Made by a program: the position numbers and the translations under genes
Source of the DNA: Thiomargarita sp.
Lineage (GTDB): Bacteria > Pseudomonadota > Gammaproteobacteria > Beggiatoales > Beggiatoaceae
Assembly (NCBI GenBank): GCA_020721045.1
Contig: DYNN01000002.1
Location: 15,567 to 79,566 of the forward strand
DNA: 64,000 nt
Direction: 5' to 3'
Shown: piece after piece, positions 1-10,885 of the stretch
Layout: the number at the start of each line of letters is the position of its first letter
Numbering within the stretch: the first letter of the stretch is position 1
Notes under the pieces: generated by a model
What the model was told of the DNA's origin: nothing
Database searches by the model: none
Seen by the model: only the letters and a program-made list of their open reading frames with translations

Positions 1-531
1 GCCAAATCTAATCCGGACATTGAAAAGAAATTGAATTCCCTAGTTTTTCCCGGTACACAAGGTGGTCCGTTAATGCACGTGATTGCTGCTAAAGCTGTTG
101 CATTGAAAGAAGCTTTGCAACCTGAATTTAAAGCGTATCAACAGCAAGTTATTGATAACGCACGCGCAATGGTGAGTGTCATGTTATCACGCGGTTATAA
201 TATCGTTTCTGGCGGCACGGATAATCACTTATTTCTTGTTGATTTGATTAATAAAGGATTGACCGGTAAAGCAGCAGATGCAGCGTTAGGCAATGCGCAT
301 ATTACGGTAAATAAAAATGCGGTGCCCAATGATCCACAATCTCCTTTTGTAACAAGTGGAATTCGTATTGGTACGCCCGCTATGACAACGCGCGGTATGG
401 GCACGACAGAAGCTGAACAAATCGCTCATTGTATCTGTGATATTTTAGATAATATTGATGATCAAGCTGTTCAAGCCACGGTTAAATCACAAATAATTAC
501 ACTTTGTCAGCGTTTTCCTGTCTATGGTTGA
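1..531 (+). CDS. glyA: serine hydroxymethyltransferase, C-terminal fragment (5' end lies upstream of the window)
   Basis: The frame is open from base 1 ([38 protein letters not shown]...). It carries the conserved SHMT motifs FPGxQGGPLxHxIAAKA and [14 protein letters not shown]. Confidence 0.9.
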   Translation, partial: AKSNPDIEKKLNSLVFPGTQGGPLMHVIAAKAVALKEALQPEFKAYQQQVIDNARAMVSVMLSRGYNIVSGGTDNHLFLVDLINKGLTGKAADAALGNAHITVNKNAVPNDPQSPFVTSGIRIGTPAMTTRGMGTTEAEQIAHCICDILDNIDDQAVQATVKSQIITLCQRFPVYG

Positions 532-1684
532 AATGAATAATTCTCTCAATAATCATGATCAATATTACATGGCATATGCGCTACGGCTTGCAGAACGCGG
601 CTTGTGGACAACTGACCCTAATCCACGCGTTGGTTGTGTGATTGTCCATGAAGGTCAAATTGTGGGTGAAGGCTGGCATCAGGTGACTGGTGAACCTCAT
701 GCTGAAATTCATGCTTTGAAGATGGCTAAAGAAAAAGCCGCTGGTGCCACATGTTACGTGACTTTAGAGCCTTGTTGTCATCACGGACGTACGCCACCTT
801 GTACTGATGCCTTAATTAAAGCGGGCATTGCTCGTGTCGTAATTGCAGTAGTTGATCCTAATCCGCAAGTTTCTAGTAAAGGCATTGAACAATTGTTACA
901 TGCAGGAATTATGGTGGAAACCGGCATTTTAGGACATGAAGCGGAACAATTAAATATCGGTTTTTTCAAAAGAATGCGCCATAATCGTCCACATATTCGC
1001 TGCAAATTAGCCATGAGCTTAGATGGACGCACCGCCATGGCATCGGGCGAAAGTCAGTGGATTACGTCTAAAGATGCGCGAATGGATGTGCAAATATTAC
1101 GAGCGCGTAGTTCGGCAATTATGACCGGCGCAGGCACTATTTTAGCCGATAATCCGTCGTTGACAGTGAGGGAAGATGATTTACCCGATCACCTGTTACA
1201 ATTTGCTAAAATCAGACAGCCATTACGTGTTATTGTTGATGAACATTTAAGCACGCCTCCTGACGCAAAAATATTAACAGCGCCCGGACAAACGGTGATT
1301 TTTACCGCATCAAGTAGTGAAAGTGTGAAAATGATGCTGGAGAAAACAGGCGTAAAAGTCGTTCATTTACCCTGTCGCGATAGAAGAATTGATTTAAATG
1401 CGATGTGTCAATATTTAGCTCAAGAACATCAAGTCAATGAATTATTACTGGAAACGGGGGCGACATTAGGGGGATCGATGTTGCGACAAGGTTTGATTGA
1501 CGAACTGATTATTTATATGGCACCTATTTTAATGGGTAATCGAGCCAGAGGTTTGTTTGATTTACCGCATCTTGAATTGCTTGAGCAAAAAATATCTCTG
1601 AATATTAAAGATATACGTGCAGTTGGTTGTGATTGGCGTATTACGGCATACCCTATTTATCATCAAATTGAATCAATATGTTAA
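524..1684 (+). CDS. ribD: bifunctional riboflavin biosynthesis protein RibD (pyrimidine deaminase / uracil reductase)
   Basis: The N-terminal half has the deaminase zinc motifs HAEIHAL and [11 protein letters not shown]. The C-terminal half is reductase-like ([19 protein letters not shown]). It overlaps the glyA stop by 8 nt. Confidence 0.9.
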   Translation: MVEMNNSLNNHDQYYMAYALRLAERGLWTTDPNPRVGCVIVHEGQIVGEGWHQVTGEPHAEIHALKMAKEKAAGATCYVTLEPCCHHGRTPPCTDALIKAGIARVVIAVVDPNPQVSSKGIEQLLHAGIMVETGILGHEAEQLNIGFFKRMRHNRPHIRCKLAMSLDGRTAMASGESQWITSKDARMDVQILRARSSAIMTGAGTILADNPSLTVREDDLPDHLLQFAKIRQPLRVIVDEHLSTPPDAKILTAPGQTVIFTASSSESVKMMLEKTGVKVVHLPCRDRRIDLNAMCQYLAQEHQVNELLLETGATLGGSMLRQGLIDELIIYMAPILMGNRARGLFDLPHLELLEQKISLNIKDIRAVGCDWRITAYPIYHQIESIC

Positions 1685-3093
1685 TTCCTGTTATTCTTTC
1701 AGGTGGCGTTGGCAGTCGTTTGTGGCCCCTATCGCGTGAATATTATCCAAAACAACTGCTTACGTTAGTAGGGCAGTATACCTTGTTACAAAATACGGTG
1801 TTACGTTTGGATGGTCTGCCTAATAAAACAGCACCACTGATTGTTTGCAATGAAATGCATCGTTTTTTAGTGGCGGAACAATTGCGGGTTCTTGGTATTA
1901 GGCATTCACCCATTTTGCTCGAACCCATAGGACGTAATACTGCACCGGCTGTGGCTGTAGCGGCTTTACGTGCAGTATTGCGTGATCCGGAAGCTGTGTT
2001 GTTGATTTTACCGGCTGATCATGTGATAGTGGATGCCGCTCGTTTTTGTGAAGCCGTAATTGCGGGTATTCCATTGGCTGAAACCGATTATTTGGTGACT
2101 TTTGGCATTGTGCCCGATAGACCAGAAACCGGTTATGGTTATATCAAAGCCGATTATCCAGTGATCGATACGCCTGCTTATGCCGTGGAGCAATTTGTGG
2201 AAAAGCCGCTTTTAGAAACAGCAAAAATATATATTGAATCAGGTAATTATTATTGGAATAGCGGTATTTTCTTGTTTAAAGCAAAACGGTATTTAGCTGA
2301 ATTGGAAAAATTTGCGCCCAATATTTTAGGTGCGTGTCGACAAGCTATTGATCATGGTTTAGAAGACAGAGATTTTTTACATTTAGACGAAGCAGCTTTT
2401 AAAACTTGTCCTAGTGATTCTGTCGATTATGCAGTGATGGAACACACCAATGCCGCTGTGGTTATTCCATTACAAGCAGGTTGGAGCGATGTCGGTTCAT
2501 GGAGTGCTTTGGCTGACATCAGTGAACAAGATACGCAAGGAAATGTGATTTTAGGCGATGTGTTGACTGAAAATGTACAAAATTGTTATTTGCGGTCAGA
2601 ACATCGTTTATTGGCGGTAGTTGGTTTGCAAGATCATGTTGTAGTTGAAACTGCCGATGCAGTGTTGGTTGCGCATAAAGAGCAAGTGCAAAATGTCAAA
2701 AATATTGTGCTTGCTCTAAAAAATCGTCAACGGGGTGAGGCAAATTTACATCGAAAAGTTTACCGTCCTTGGGGAAGTTATGAAACAATTACAGTGGAAC
2801 AACGCTTTCAAGTAAAACACATTATTGTCAATCCGGGTGCGGGCTTATCACTACAAATGCATTATCATCGTTCGGAACATTGGGTTGTGGTAAAAGGTAC
2901 CGCAAAAATTACGCGTAACGATGAAAGTTTTATTCTAACTGAAAATCAATCTACTTATATTTCTATTGGCGTTAAACATCGTTTGGAGAATCCCGGTAAG
3001 TTGCCTTTAGAACTTATTGAAATACAATCAGGTAGCTATTTAGAAGAAGACGATATTGTGCGTTACGATGATCTATATGGTCGCACCCATTAA
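1678..3093 (+). CDS. manC: mannose-1-phosphate guanylyltransferase / mannose-6-phosphate isomerase
   Basis: N-terminal nucleotidyltransferase motif ILSGGVGSRLWPLSR. C-terminal cupin/isomerase region (RPWGSYE, QMHYHRSEHWVVVKG). 471 aa. Confidence 0.85.
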   Translation: MLIPVILSGGVGSRLWPLSREYYPKQLLTLVGQYTLLQNTVLRLDGLPNKTAPLIVCNEMHRFLVAEQLRVLGIRHSPILLEPIGRNTAPAVAVAALRAVLRDPEAVLLILPADHVIVDAARFCEAVIAGIPLAETDYLVTFGIVPDRPETGYGYIKADYPVIDTPAYAVEQFVEKPLLETAKIYIESGNYYWNSGIFLFKAKRYLAELEKFAPNILGACRQAIDHGLEDRDFLHLDEAAFKTCPSDSVDYAVMEHTNAAVVIPLQAGWSDVGSWSALADISEQDTQGNVILGDVLTENVQNCYLRSEHRLLAVVGLQDHVVVETADAVLVAHKEQVQNVKNIVLALKNRQRGEANLHRKVYRPWGSYETITVEQRFQVKHIIVNPGAGLSLQMHYHRSEHWVVVKGTAKITRNDESFILTENQSTYISIGVKHRLENPGKLPLELIEIQSGSYLEEDDIVRYDDLYGRTH

Positions 3094-4139
3094 CCTTGTG
3101 TCAACGCCGAACCCAATAATTTTGCAGTTAAATCAACAATAGGAATGATGCGTTCATAAGCCATACGAGTTGGTCCAATCACACCCAAAACACCCAAAAT
3201 TTCGCCTTTTAGAACATAAGGAGAGGTAATCACGCTACAGTCACCCAAGACTTCATAGCCCGATTCCTCACCAATGAAAATTTGCATTCCTTGCGCTTTA
3301 ATGGCTTGATCAAATAAATGTAAAATGTCCTGTTTTTGATTAAATGCTGCAAATAAATCGCGTAACTTTTCAACATTAGATAATTCAGCCACATCCATCA
3401 AATTCGTTTGTCCAGATAATACAAAATCGTCCACCATTTCTTCAGTTGCAAAGGCTTGATCTGCAACTTCAATGGCTGCTTTCATGGTTTCATCAATATG
3501 TTTACGGACTGCTTTTAGTTCTTGTAGTAAATGCTTCCTAACTGTTTTAATATCTTTACCTGCAAATTCGGTATTTAAGTAATTGGCAATTTGTTGGAGT
3601 TCTCTTTCAGAATAACCGCGCGATGGATATATAATGCGATTTTGCACTTCTTGCTCGTTGACAACCAAAATAACTAATATGCGTTTGTTAGATAAAGACA
3701 AAAATTCTACATGGCGCAACATATTAGAATCTCGACGTGGCAGCATGACAACACCAACTAAATGAGTAATTTCAGAAAGTAAAGTCGAAGTTTGCTCCAT
3801 TAAACGCTGTCCACCATATAATTGGGTCAACTGTTTACGCAAAAGGGCTTCTTCTGCACCATTCAACGGATTAATTTGCAATAAAGAATCGATGAAAACT
3901 CGATAACCTTGAGCAGTAGGCACCCGTCCGGCGGACATATGCGGCGAACGTACTAATCCCATTTCTTCCAAATCAGCCATTATATTTCTAATAGTTGCTG
4001 AACTTAAATCTAACTCAGCATCACGTGATAAAGTGCGCGAACCCACTGGCTGTCCATCACGAATATAACGGGTTATCAGCAATTTTAGTAGATGTTGCGA
4101 ACGTTCATTCATGACATCATGGCTAATTGTTTTTGGCAT
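3090..4139 (-). CDS. hrcA: heat-inducible transcription repressor HrcA
   Basis: Winged-helix N-terminus (ERSQHLLKLLITRYIRDGQPVGSRTL, IRNIMADLEEMGL) and typical length (349 aa). It overlaps manC by 4 nt, stop to stop, in convergent orientation. Confidence 0.9.
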   Translation of the reverse strand: MPKTISHDVMNERSQHLLKLLITRYIRDGQPVGSRTLSRDAELDLSSATIRNIMADLEEMGLVRSPHMSAGRVPTAQGYRVFIDSLLQINPLNGAEEALLRKQLTQLYGGQRLMEQTSTLLSEITHLVGVVMLPRRDSNMLRHVEFLSLSNKRILVILVVNEQEVQNRIIYPSRGYSERELQQIANYLNTEFAGKDIKTVRKHLLQELKAVRKHIDETMKAAIEVADQAFATEEMVDDFVLSGQTNLMDVAELSNVEKLRDLFAAFNQKQDILHLFDQAIKAQGMQIFIGEESGYEVLGDCSVITSPYVLKGEILGVLGVIGPTRMAYERIIPIVDLTAKLLGSALTQG

Positions 4140-4341
4140 AGCGAGATTATTGCATAGAGTGAAATGGGTGGGAAAATTCTGTTACTCTATTGATTTCGTA
4201 CAAAGTTTGTTTGCAAGACTTACTTATATTGGAAAGAGACAAAGAACAATTCATTGAGGTCACAGATTATAATAATCACAACAACATAAAGCAATTCATA
4301 GAAACAAATTTTTTTAATGATATTGATTCAAAATCTAAATT

Positions 4342-5022
4342 TTAACATCCGCGCTCGCTTCCCCATAAAGTAAGATGAAGTCTAGGCGAATAACGGTATT
4401 GTTTTTCCTTACAAATTTCAGCTAACCACTGTTGTCGTTGATTTACTTCATCAGATTCACGCCCTTGCGGCATTAAGATAATCAACTCTTTAGGAATAGC
4501 TAATTGCGCTTCTAACTCCTCAACTTCATTAATATCAGAGGGTTGTGTGATCACAAATTTGAGTTGACATTCATAATGATCAAGCAGTTTGCGAATGATA
4601 TTAGGCTTTAATCGATTTTGTTCATGTAAAATTTGCCAACGTTTATCTTCTGTTGGCGTTGAATGAGCTAACTTTGGGCTAATTGAAATCAGGTGCGCAG
4701 CTATTTGACTGAAAAATGTACCATTTGTTTCAACTGTAATATGATGTCCATTTTCATACAATTGTTGACATAAAGCTACAAAATCTTTGCCTTGTACAAA
4801 AGGTTCACCACCCGTAATCACTACATTCTTAACTTTAAATTGAGTAATTTGTTGAACAGCTTCTTCAACGGTAATGTCTTTATTTTCGGGTGTCCAACTG
4901 GCATAAGGCGTATCACACCATTGACATCTGAGGTTACAAAAACTGGTGCGAAAAAAAACCGATGGTACCCCAATCAATTGTCCTTCACCTTGTAAACTAT
5001 AAAATATTTCGCTATATTTCAT
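4342..5022 (-). CDS. queE: 7-carboxy-7-deazaguanine synthase (radical SAM)
   Basis: Radical-SAM motif CNLRCQWCDT and the N-terminal EIFYSLQGEG typical of QueE. The ORF is open to 5040. The ATG at 5022 gives the usual MKY..EIF start and overlaps the queD stop by 11 nt. Confidence 0.85.
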   Translation of the reverse strand: MKYSEIFYSLQGEGQLIGVPSVFFRTSFCNLRCQWCDTPYASWTPENKDITVEEAVQQITQFKVKNVVITGGEPFVQGKDFVALCQQLYENGHHITVETNGTFFSQIAAHLISISPKLAHSTPTEDKRWQILHEQNRLKPNIIRKLLDHYECQLKFVITQPSDINEVEELEAQLAIPKELIILMPQGRESDEVNQRQQWLAEICKEKQYRYSPRLHLTLWGSERGC

Positions 5023-5452
5023 AAACTTGCTCGATATCATCTCGTTGGTAAGAAGCGATACCCGTACAGGTTTCTCGAATAGTTACGCGCATTACTTGGA
5101 CATTGATTGGACGTTCTAAGCTGACAACTTGTTCAAATAAATATCGTGCCATTATCTCTGCACTGGGTTCGGCTGGAAAGGTAAAAATTTTCATACCTTC
5201 CGCACGCAAAGCAGGTAACAGTGGGTCTTGTTCATGAGCCAGATATGCATGATCCCAAAATTCGTTAATCCATTGTTTGAGCGGCGTTTTAATATCACTA
5301 AAATCCATAACAAAACAATTATCATTCAATGTAGGTGACATTAATTCAATTGTTGCCTCTCCGCTATGACCGTGTACATGACGACATTTGCCACAATGAT
5401 GAAGTAGACGATGCGCATATTCAAAATTAATTTTTACTAAAATTTTATACAT
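5012..5452 (-). CDS. queD: 6-carboxy-5,6,7,8-tetrahydropterin synthase
   Basis: 146 aa with a PTPS/QueD-like pattern FEYAHRLLHHCGKCRHVHGHS (Cys plus His ligands). Located next to queE. Confidence 0.85.
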   Translation of the reverse strand: MYKILVKINFEYAHRLLHHCGKCRHVHGHSGEATIELMSPTLNDNCFVMDFSDIKTPLKQWINEFWDHAYLAHEQDPLLPALRAEGMKIFTFPAEPSAEIMARYLFEQVVSLERPINVQVMRVTIRETCTGIASYQRDDIEQVYEI

Positions 5453-5518
5453 AGTTAGGCAATATTTGTATAAATATATAAATAACTCTTTGAAAATAAA
5501 AGATAATCAAAAATCAAC

Positions 5519-7066
5519 TTAATTTCTGTTTCCATGTAACACATTGATCAGAGTTGTTGGAAATTCTTCTTCACGCATTTTTTTTTCAATTAATTCAAGG
5601 TTATATTGTATAGTATGAAAAGTAACCTTATGTTCTTTCTGATCATAAATGGCAAATTGGGCACCACTTTTACCATTGCGTGGCTGTCCAATTGAACCAG
5701 GACAAATCAAGCTATGATCAAATTGTTGTAAAGCAATTTCATCTTCAAGATAATATTTGTCTGTTCTACCTTTGCGTGCATACATACCCGGTTGATGTGT
5801 ATGTCCATGAAAACAAATAGGTATTTTCTTCCGTGCTAGTACATCCAAATTATCTTGATAAGTCATTTCATACACATAGGCATTAAAAAAAGTGGGGTCA
5901 ATCGGTGCACCGTGCAAAGCTAACCAATTGTCTTCGTGAGCCAATGGCGGTAAATCAACTAACCATTGAATATGTTCACTATTGGTATGTTGTTGAGTCC
6001 AAGTGAGTACCCATGAAGCAGTGCTTGAAAAACCTTTCTGAAAATTATTAGTTGCCAGTCCATGATCATGATTACCTTTTAGCACTAAGAAATCAGTTTT
6101 TTGAATTAATTCAATACATTCACTTGGATGTGGACCATAACCAACGATATCGCCTGCCATGATGCCTTGCTTAATATTATTTGAATCTAAAAATGCAAGT
6201 ACAGCTTGTAGTGCCGGTAAGTTAGCATGAATGTCGGCTAAAATAGCTAAGTAGCGATTATGATGTAAGTGAATCGGTGGCACTTGTGGTTTTTTATTGC
6301 CTTCATTTAATCCAGCAATAAATTCTTGTATTAACTTTTGTTGATGTTGAGCAGGCATAAAGACATCTTTCATTTGCTCTTCTAATACAATAAGATATTG
6401 CACATCAGCAAAATGTTCGATGATCTGTTGACGTATAGCATATCCTAATTGCTTAGCAAGAGACGGCGTCAACCAAGTCAAAGAGCGAAAATAAACGCCT
6501 AACATTTGGGCACAAGAGATAAAACGATCCCAACTATAGATGTCATCATCTAAGTAATATAACTGGCGATCGGTTGTCATACCAAAATTGGACAAGCCTT
6601 CATCTAACCTAATTTGTAAAGTTTTTGCTAAACGAAAATAGTGATGAAACAAGCGGGTAAAATAGTGTAAAAAATCTTCTGGATTTACCTTTTGATCGAC
6701 AACAATTTCATGTAGAGGTGCCAATCTAGGGCAAATATTACCAATCACTACTGTTGATTTTTCTTGATGACTGTATTCTGCAACAAACCACGTTTTATCA
6801 GGATGATGTACTTGATAGCGTATTTCTTTTTCTAATGCTTGCTTTGCCCATCGTATGGCAGAAAGCGCATCTAAACGGATTTCACTACGTATTTTTAATA
6901 CGCTATTGATGTCAATATAAACTTTAGTATCAGGACGACCGGTGAAAGTTTCGCCATGAGATAAAGCCGTTTGTTGTGTATTTAGTAATCGGATAATATC
7001 ATCATCATTATAAGGCGATATTCCACCGACTGCACCAATAATAGTAATGGTATAACTCATTCGCAT
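5519..7066 (-). CDS. two-domain protein: unknown N-terminal domain (~270 aa) fused to a calcineurin-like metallophosphoesterase
   Basis: The C-terminal ~240 aa carry the phosphoesterase motif series ILADIHAN, AGDIVGYG, LKGNHD, LHGAP, CFHGHTH. I did not recognise the N-terminal part. The start could equally be the ATG at 7060. Confidence 0.7.
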   Translation of the reverse strand: MRMSYTITIIGAVGGISPYNDDDIIRLLNTQQTALSHGETFTGRPDTKVYIDINSVLKIRSEIRLDALSAIRWAKQALEKEIRYQVHHPDKTWFVAEYSHQEKSTVVIGNICPRLAPLHEIVVDQKVNPEDFLHYFTRLFHHYFRLAKTLQIRLDEGLSNFGMTTDRQLYYLDDDIYSWDRFISCAQMLGVYFRSLTWLTPSLAKQLGYAIRQQIIEHFADVQYLIVLEEQMKDVFMPAQHQQKLIQEFIAGLNEGNKKPQVPPIHLHHNRYLAILADIHANLPALQAVLAFLDSNNIKQGIMAGDIVGYGPHPSECIELIQKTDFLVLKGNHDHGLATNNFQKGFSSTASWVLTWTQQHTNSEHIQWLVDLPPLAHEDNWLALHGAPIDPTFFNAYVYEMTYQDNLDVLARKKIPICFHGHTHQPGMYARKGRTDKYYLEDEIALQQFDHSLICPGSIGQPRNGKSGAQFAIYDQKEHKVTFHTIQYNLELIEKKMREEEFPTTLINVLHGNRN

Positions 7067-7400
7067 TGATCCCTTTGTTGGATAAAACTTAGAAAATACG
7101 CTAACACCAAGCGCAATCGCAACAACACGGGCTTGATTTTTGCCATAGGATATACGTTGTTTCGTAGGGATAGTGAGGAAGTATTTTCCTGATCATCGTA
7201 TGGCAAAGATTCTAACAATTTCAACTCGTTGCCAAATACTGTTGGATAAATTCCATTGTCAGAAACTGCCATCTTAGAAATGAAGCAAGATTGTACAGAT
7301 TTATTCTAACTTTTTGTTTTAGTGAATAAATATTTTAGTCTTCATTAGCACAGAATTTTTTAGCTTGTAATAACCGTTAGTTTACATTAGGGAATACTAG

Positions 7401-7820
7401 CTAATATTGAGATAGCTGTCCACTTTTTTCTTTGACAAAAGGTACATAGCGTTTATCGATATCGAGAATATGTTCTTGCAACCATATCTTTAAAAACTGC
7501 ATAATTTGATCGGTATTCACTGACTGACCTTGCTCAAATACGTGACTTAGGAATTCAACTTTTTCAGTCAGCGAATCATGCTCTGCTTTATGTGAAGGAT
7601 AAGAGGGATAATCACATCTTTCAAGTAAATGTTCCTCATAACTAAAATGCTCTATCGTGTAGTCTAGCAAGCCTCCCAAAACTTTACCTAATGCCTCATT
7701 ACCATAACCGGCTGCAATTGCAGTATCTAACGCATTAATCAAATCAATTAATTTTTTGTGTTGCGTATCAATAGATTCAATACCCAATCTTAAATCTTCT
7801 GTCCATTCCATGAAAGCCAC
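7401..7820 (-). CDS. bacteriohemerythrin
   Basis: 139 aa. Motifs MEWTEDLRLGIESIDTQHKKLIDLIN, H-x3-E (HFSYEEHLL), HKAEHD and WLQEHILDIDKRY match the hemerythrin iron-ligand pattern. Confidence 0.85.
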   Translation of the reverse strand: MAFMEWTEDLRLGIESIDTQHKKLIDLINALDTAIAAGYGNEALGKVLGGLLDYTIEHFSYEEHLLERCDYPSYPSHKAEHDSLTEKVEFLSHVFEQGQSVNTDQIMQFLKIWLQEHILDIDKRYVPFVKEKSGQLSQY

Positions 7821-8027
7821 TATAATCTCCTAATAATGATATATGTTTTAACTATCCGCTTAATTTATATCATTATTTCTGGATGCATCTGCTATGCCAT
7901 ATTTTTCTTTCTCAACATAATCCCGTCACCTTGGATAACGCCACAGTCATTTTAGTTTATTTGGCACATTTCATACAATGTCGTGATGAGACTGTAAAAT
8001 GCTACAATCTCAATCACATCATTTTAA

Positions 8028-9635
8028 TTAATTACCGCTAGGACCCGCTGCACGAATTTCTGCTGTCGTTTCTGTTTCATACTTTTTGAAATTTTCAGCA
8101 AACATACCAGCCAATTTTTTCGCTTGGGCATCATAATCAGCAGGATTACGCCATGTATTGCGAGAATTAAGAATTTCTGTAGGTACATTAGGACAACTGG
8201 TTGGTATTTGTAAACCAAAGAAAGGTTCTTTTTCCGTAGGTACATTAGCTAATTCACCATTTAACACTGCATTGACCATAGCACGGGTATGCGCAATTTT
8301 AAAGCGTTCACCCACACCATAAGGTCCACCACTCCAGCCGGTATTAATCAACCAGACTGTAACATTATGCTCATCTAACTTGCGACCTAATAACTCAGCG
8401 TAACGTTGTGGATGTAAAGGCATAAAAGGCGCACCATAACAGGCACTAAAATTAGGCGTAGGCTCGGTCACACCACGTTCTGTACCTGCAACTTTAGCTG
8501 TATAACCAGATAAAAAGTGATACATTGCTTGTTCTTTGGTTAATTTAGCAATGGGCGGTAACACCCCAAAAGCATCGGCTGACAAGAAAATAACATTCTT
8601 AGGATGTCCACCTTGACCACCACGTGTTGCATTGGGTACGTGAGAAATAGGATAAGAACCGCGCGTATTTTCAGTAAAAGAATTATCAAACAAATCGATC
8701 CGTCGATCTGCTGCATTCATAGCCACATTTTCTAAAATAGTACCAAACCGGCGCGTCGTTCCATAAATTTCTGGTTCTGCATCAGGCGATAAATTAATCA
8801 ATTTGGCATAACAACCGCCTTCAAAATTGAAAATACCTTCTTGGCTCCACCCATGTTCATCATCACCAATTAACACTCTTGATTTATCAGCAGAAAGTGT
8901 CGTTTTACCCGTGCCACTTAAGCCAAAGAAAAGTGCAGTTTCACCATTTGCACCAATATTTGCTGAACAGTGCATGGGTAAAATATCTTTTTGTGGCATC
9001 AAATAATTCATGACGCTAAAGATTGATTTTTTAATTTCACCGGCATAACTAGTACCACCGATTAAAATTAGGCGTTTTTCAAAATTAAGAATGATAAAAG
9101 TTTCGGAATTAGTGCCGTCTGCCTTGGGCACTGCATGAAAACGGGGCACATCAATGACAGTAAATTCAGGGACATGATTCACCAATTCTTCTTTTGTTGC
9201 TTGAATAAACATATTTCTGGCAAACAGATTATGCCAAGCATATTGCGTAATAATGCGAATCGGTAAACGATTGTTAGGATCAGCACCCGCAAAACAATCT
9301 TGCACAAAAACATCTTGTGTTTGTAATTGTAACGCCATACGTTTATGCAAATCATCGAATTTTTCACTGGAATAAGGGCGATTAATTTTTCCCCACCAAA
9401 TTTGATCTTTGGTCGTTGCTTCTTCCACAACAAACTTGTCATTGGCTGATCGTCCAGTATGATGTCCAGTACGCACAGCCAACGCACCTAAATGGGCTAA
9501 CGAACCCTCGTGACGTGCGATAACTTGTTCATACAAAGCGGGTGTTGTCAAATTCCAATAAACATCGCTTAAATTAGTTAAACCATGATTTTCTAAACCG
9601 TAACTGCTGTGGTCTTCACAGTGCTTGTCCCGCAT
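8028..9635 (-). CDS. pckA: phosphoenolpyruvate carboxykinase (ATP)
   Basis: P-loop GLSGTGKTTLS, LIGDDEHGW and NTGWSGGPYG. The ORF is open to 9713, but the ATG at 9635 follows GGAGAAGAAT and gives a typical ~535-aa PckA. Confidence 0.9.
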   Translation of the reverse strand: MRDKHCEDHSSYGLENHGLTNLSDVYWNLTTPALYEQVIARHEGSLAHLGALAVRTGHHTGRSANDKFVVEEATTKDQIWWGKINRPYSSEKFDDLHKRMALQLQTQDVFVQDCFAGADPNNRLPIRIITQYAWHNLFARNMFIQATKEELVNHVPEFTVIDVPRFHAVPKADGTNSETFIILNFEKRLILIGGTSYAGEIKKSIFSVMNYLMPQKDILPMHCSANIGANGETALFFGLSGTGKTTLSADKSRVLIGDDEHGWSQEGIFNFEGGCYAKLINLSPDAEPEIYGTTRRFGTILENVAMNAADRRIDLFDNSFTENTRGSYPISHVPNATRGGQGGHPKNVIFLSADAFGVLPPIAKLTKEQAMYHFLSGYTAKVAGTERGVTEPTPNFSACYGAPFMPLHPQRYAELLGRKLDEHNVTVWLINTGWSGGPYGVGERFKIAHTRAMVNAVLNGELANVPTEKEPFFGLQIPTSCPNVPTEILNSRNTWRNPADYDAQAKKLAGMFAENFKKYETETTAEIRAAGPSGN

Positions 9636-9829
9636 ATTCTTCTCCGAAAATTGAGTGATTAAATACGATAAATAAACTTTTTGCGCAAGAGAGCCAGATT
9701 CGCTATGATACACAGAAATGGATTAATGATACAGAGTGGGTGAGCATTTTACGTGATAATTTTTGATACTCAGTCTAAGTGCAAGTTTACTGATGCAGGA
9801 AACGCATTAATCATGAAATGCAGCATACT

Positions 9830-10885
9830 TTAAATATTTTCATGAATTTTTAGATGCGGTTGTTGTTGAGTGATACAGTGAATATTGCCGCCACCGTGAA
9901 TCAAATCAAGCGTATTTATCGCTACAACACGTCGTTGGGGAAATAATTGTTGTAAAATTTCTTGCGCAGCTTGATCTGCAGAATCTGCGAAAATGGGCAT
10001 CACAATCCCACCATTAGCAATATAAAAATTAATATAAGACAGCGTTAAACGTCCTAATTCTGGATGATCTCGTCGACTAGGCTGTTCAATTTCAATCACT
10101 TCTAAAGTTCGTCCACATGCATCTTTTGTAGTACGTAATCGCTGTAAATTATCTTGCAAAATCTCATAATGGCTATCTTGTGGATCACGACAAGATAAAG
10201 CAACCACAACGCCCGGACGTACAAAACAAGCTAAATTATCAATATGTCCGGTGGTTTCATCATCCTCTAATCCTTCGGCTAACCAAATAATTTGATTAAT
10301 CCCTAAGTAGTGACGAAAATAATATTCAATATCCACACGAGTAAGATGCGGATTACGAGTAAATAAACACTGTTCCGTAGTTAATAACGTGCCTTCTCCA
10401 TCAACATGAATTGCCCCACCTTCCAAAGTAAGTGGTGCTTGATAACAGGGTAATTGTACGCTGTGTAAAATACGATCAGCTAACTCATTATCCAACTGAT
10501 GATCGGCATGGCTACCACTCCAACCATTAAATTGCCAACTCACACCCGCGCCACGACCTTGTTTATCAACGAGAAAAGTCGCACCTGTATCACGTAACCA
10601 AGCATCATTCATCGGCAAAGACAAAATTTCAAACTGCTGTTCACTCAGCCGTTTAGCTTCGGTCACATAATCGGGATGTACAACCATCGTCACCGGTTCA
10701 AACTGAGCAATTGCGCGAGCTACTTCGATATAACTGGCTTGTGCCCGACTGAGTTCAAAGGGCCAACTATTAGGGCGACAAGGAAAACCCATCCAACAAC
10801 GTTGATGCAAATGCCATTCAGCTGGCATAAAAAAGTGATCATCCCGAGGTAATTTCATTATAATTAACCATTTATCCTTCATCAT
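9830..10885 (-). CDS. aguA: agmatine deiminase
   Basis: MPAEWHLH near the N-terminus and the catalytic-Cys motif HGGGNIHCITQQQP near the C-terminus. The start is uncertain (10885, 10858 or later). The longest form overlaps the upstream gene by 14 nt. Confidence 0.8.
   Translation of the reverse strand: MMKDKWLIIMKLPRDDHFFMPAEWHLHQRCWMGFPCRPNSWPFELSRAQASYIEVARAIAQFEPVTMVVHPDYVTEAKRLSEQQFEILSLPMNDAWLRDTGATFLVDKQGRGAGVSWQFNGWSGSHADHQLDNELADRILHSVQLPCYQAPLTLEGGAIHVDGEGTLLTTEQCLFTRNPHLTRVDIEYYFRHYLGINQIIWLAEGLEDDETTGHIDNLACFVRPGVVVALSCRDPQDSHYEILQDNLQRLRTTKDACGRTLEVIEIEQPSRRDHPELGRLTLSYINFYIANGGIVMPIFADSADQAAQEILQQLFPQRRVVAINTLDLIHGGGNIHCITQQQPHLKIHENI

Noticed and set aside
4140-4341. A CIRCE operator (TTAGCACTC-N9-GAGTGCTAA), expected upstream of hrcA.
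   Set aside because: Only an unrelated 7-bp inverted repeat (ATAGAGT-N23-ACTCTAT) is present. I found no CIRCE-like half-sites.
5453-5518. A preQ1 riboswitch upstream of queD.
   Set aside because: The 66-nt leader is almost pure A/T. It lacks the conserved C-rich loop/ACUA-type elements of preQ1 aptamers.
5575-5586. An A9/T9 homopolymer inside the 3' end of the phosphoesterase gene (it encodes EKKM), considered as a possible slipped-strand phase-variation tract.
   Set aside because: It is a single short tract near the C-terminus in an AT-rich genome where such runs are common. There is no supporting evidence of variation.
7057-7272. A 71-aa ORF upstream of, and overlapping, the start of the 515-aa phosphoesterase gene.
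   Set aside because: No Shine-Dalgarno sequence and no recognisable motif. It overlaps the downstream start. It cannot be supported from the sequence alone.
8024-8245. A 73-aa ORF overlapping the 3' end of pckA in another frame.
   Set aside because: It lies entirely within the pckA coding sequence and its composition is typical of an off-frame reading.
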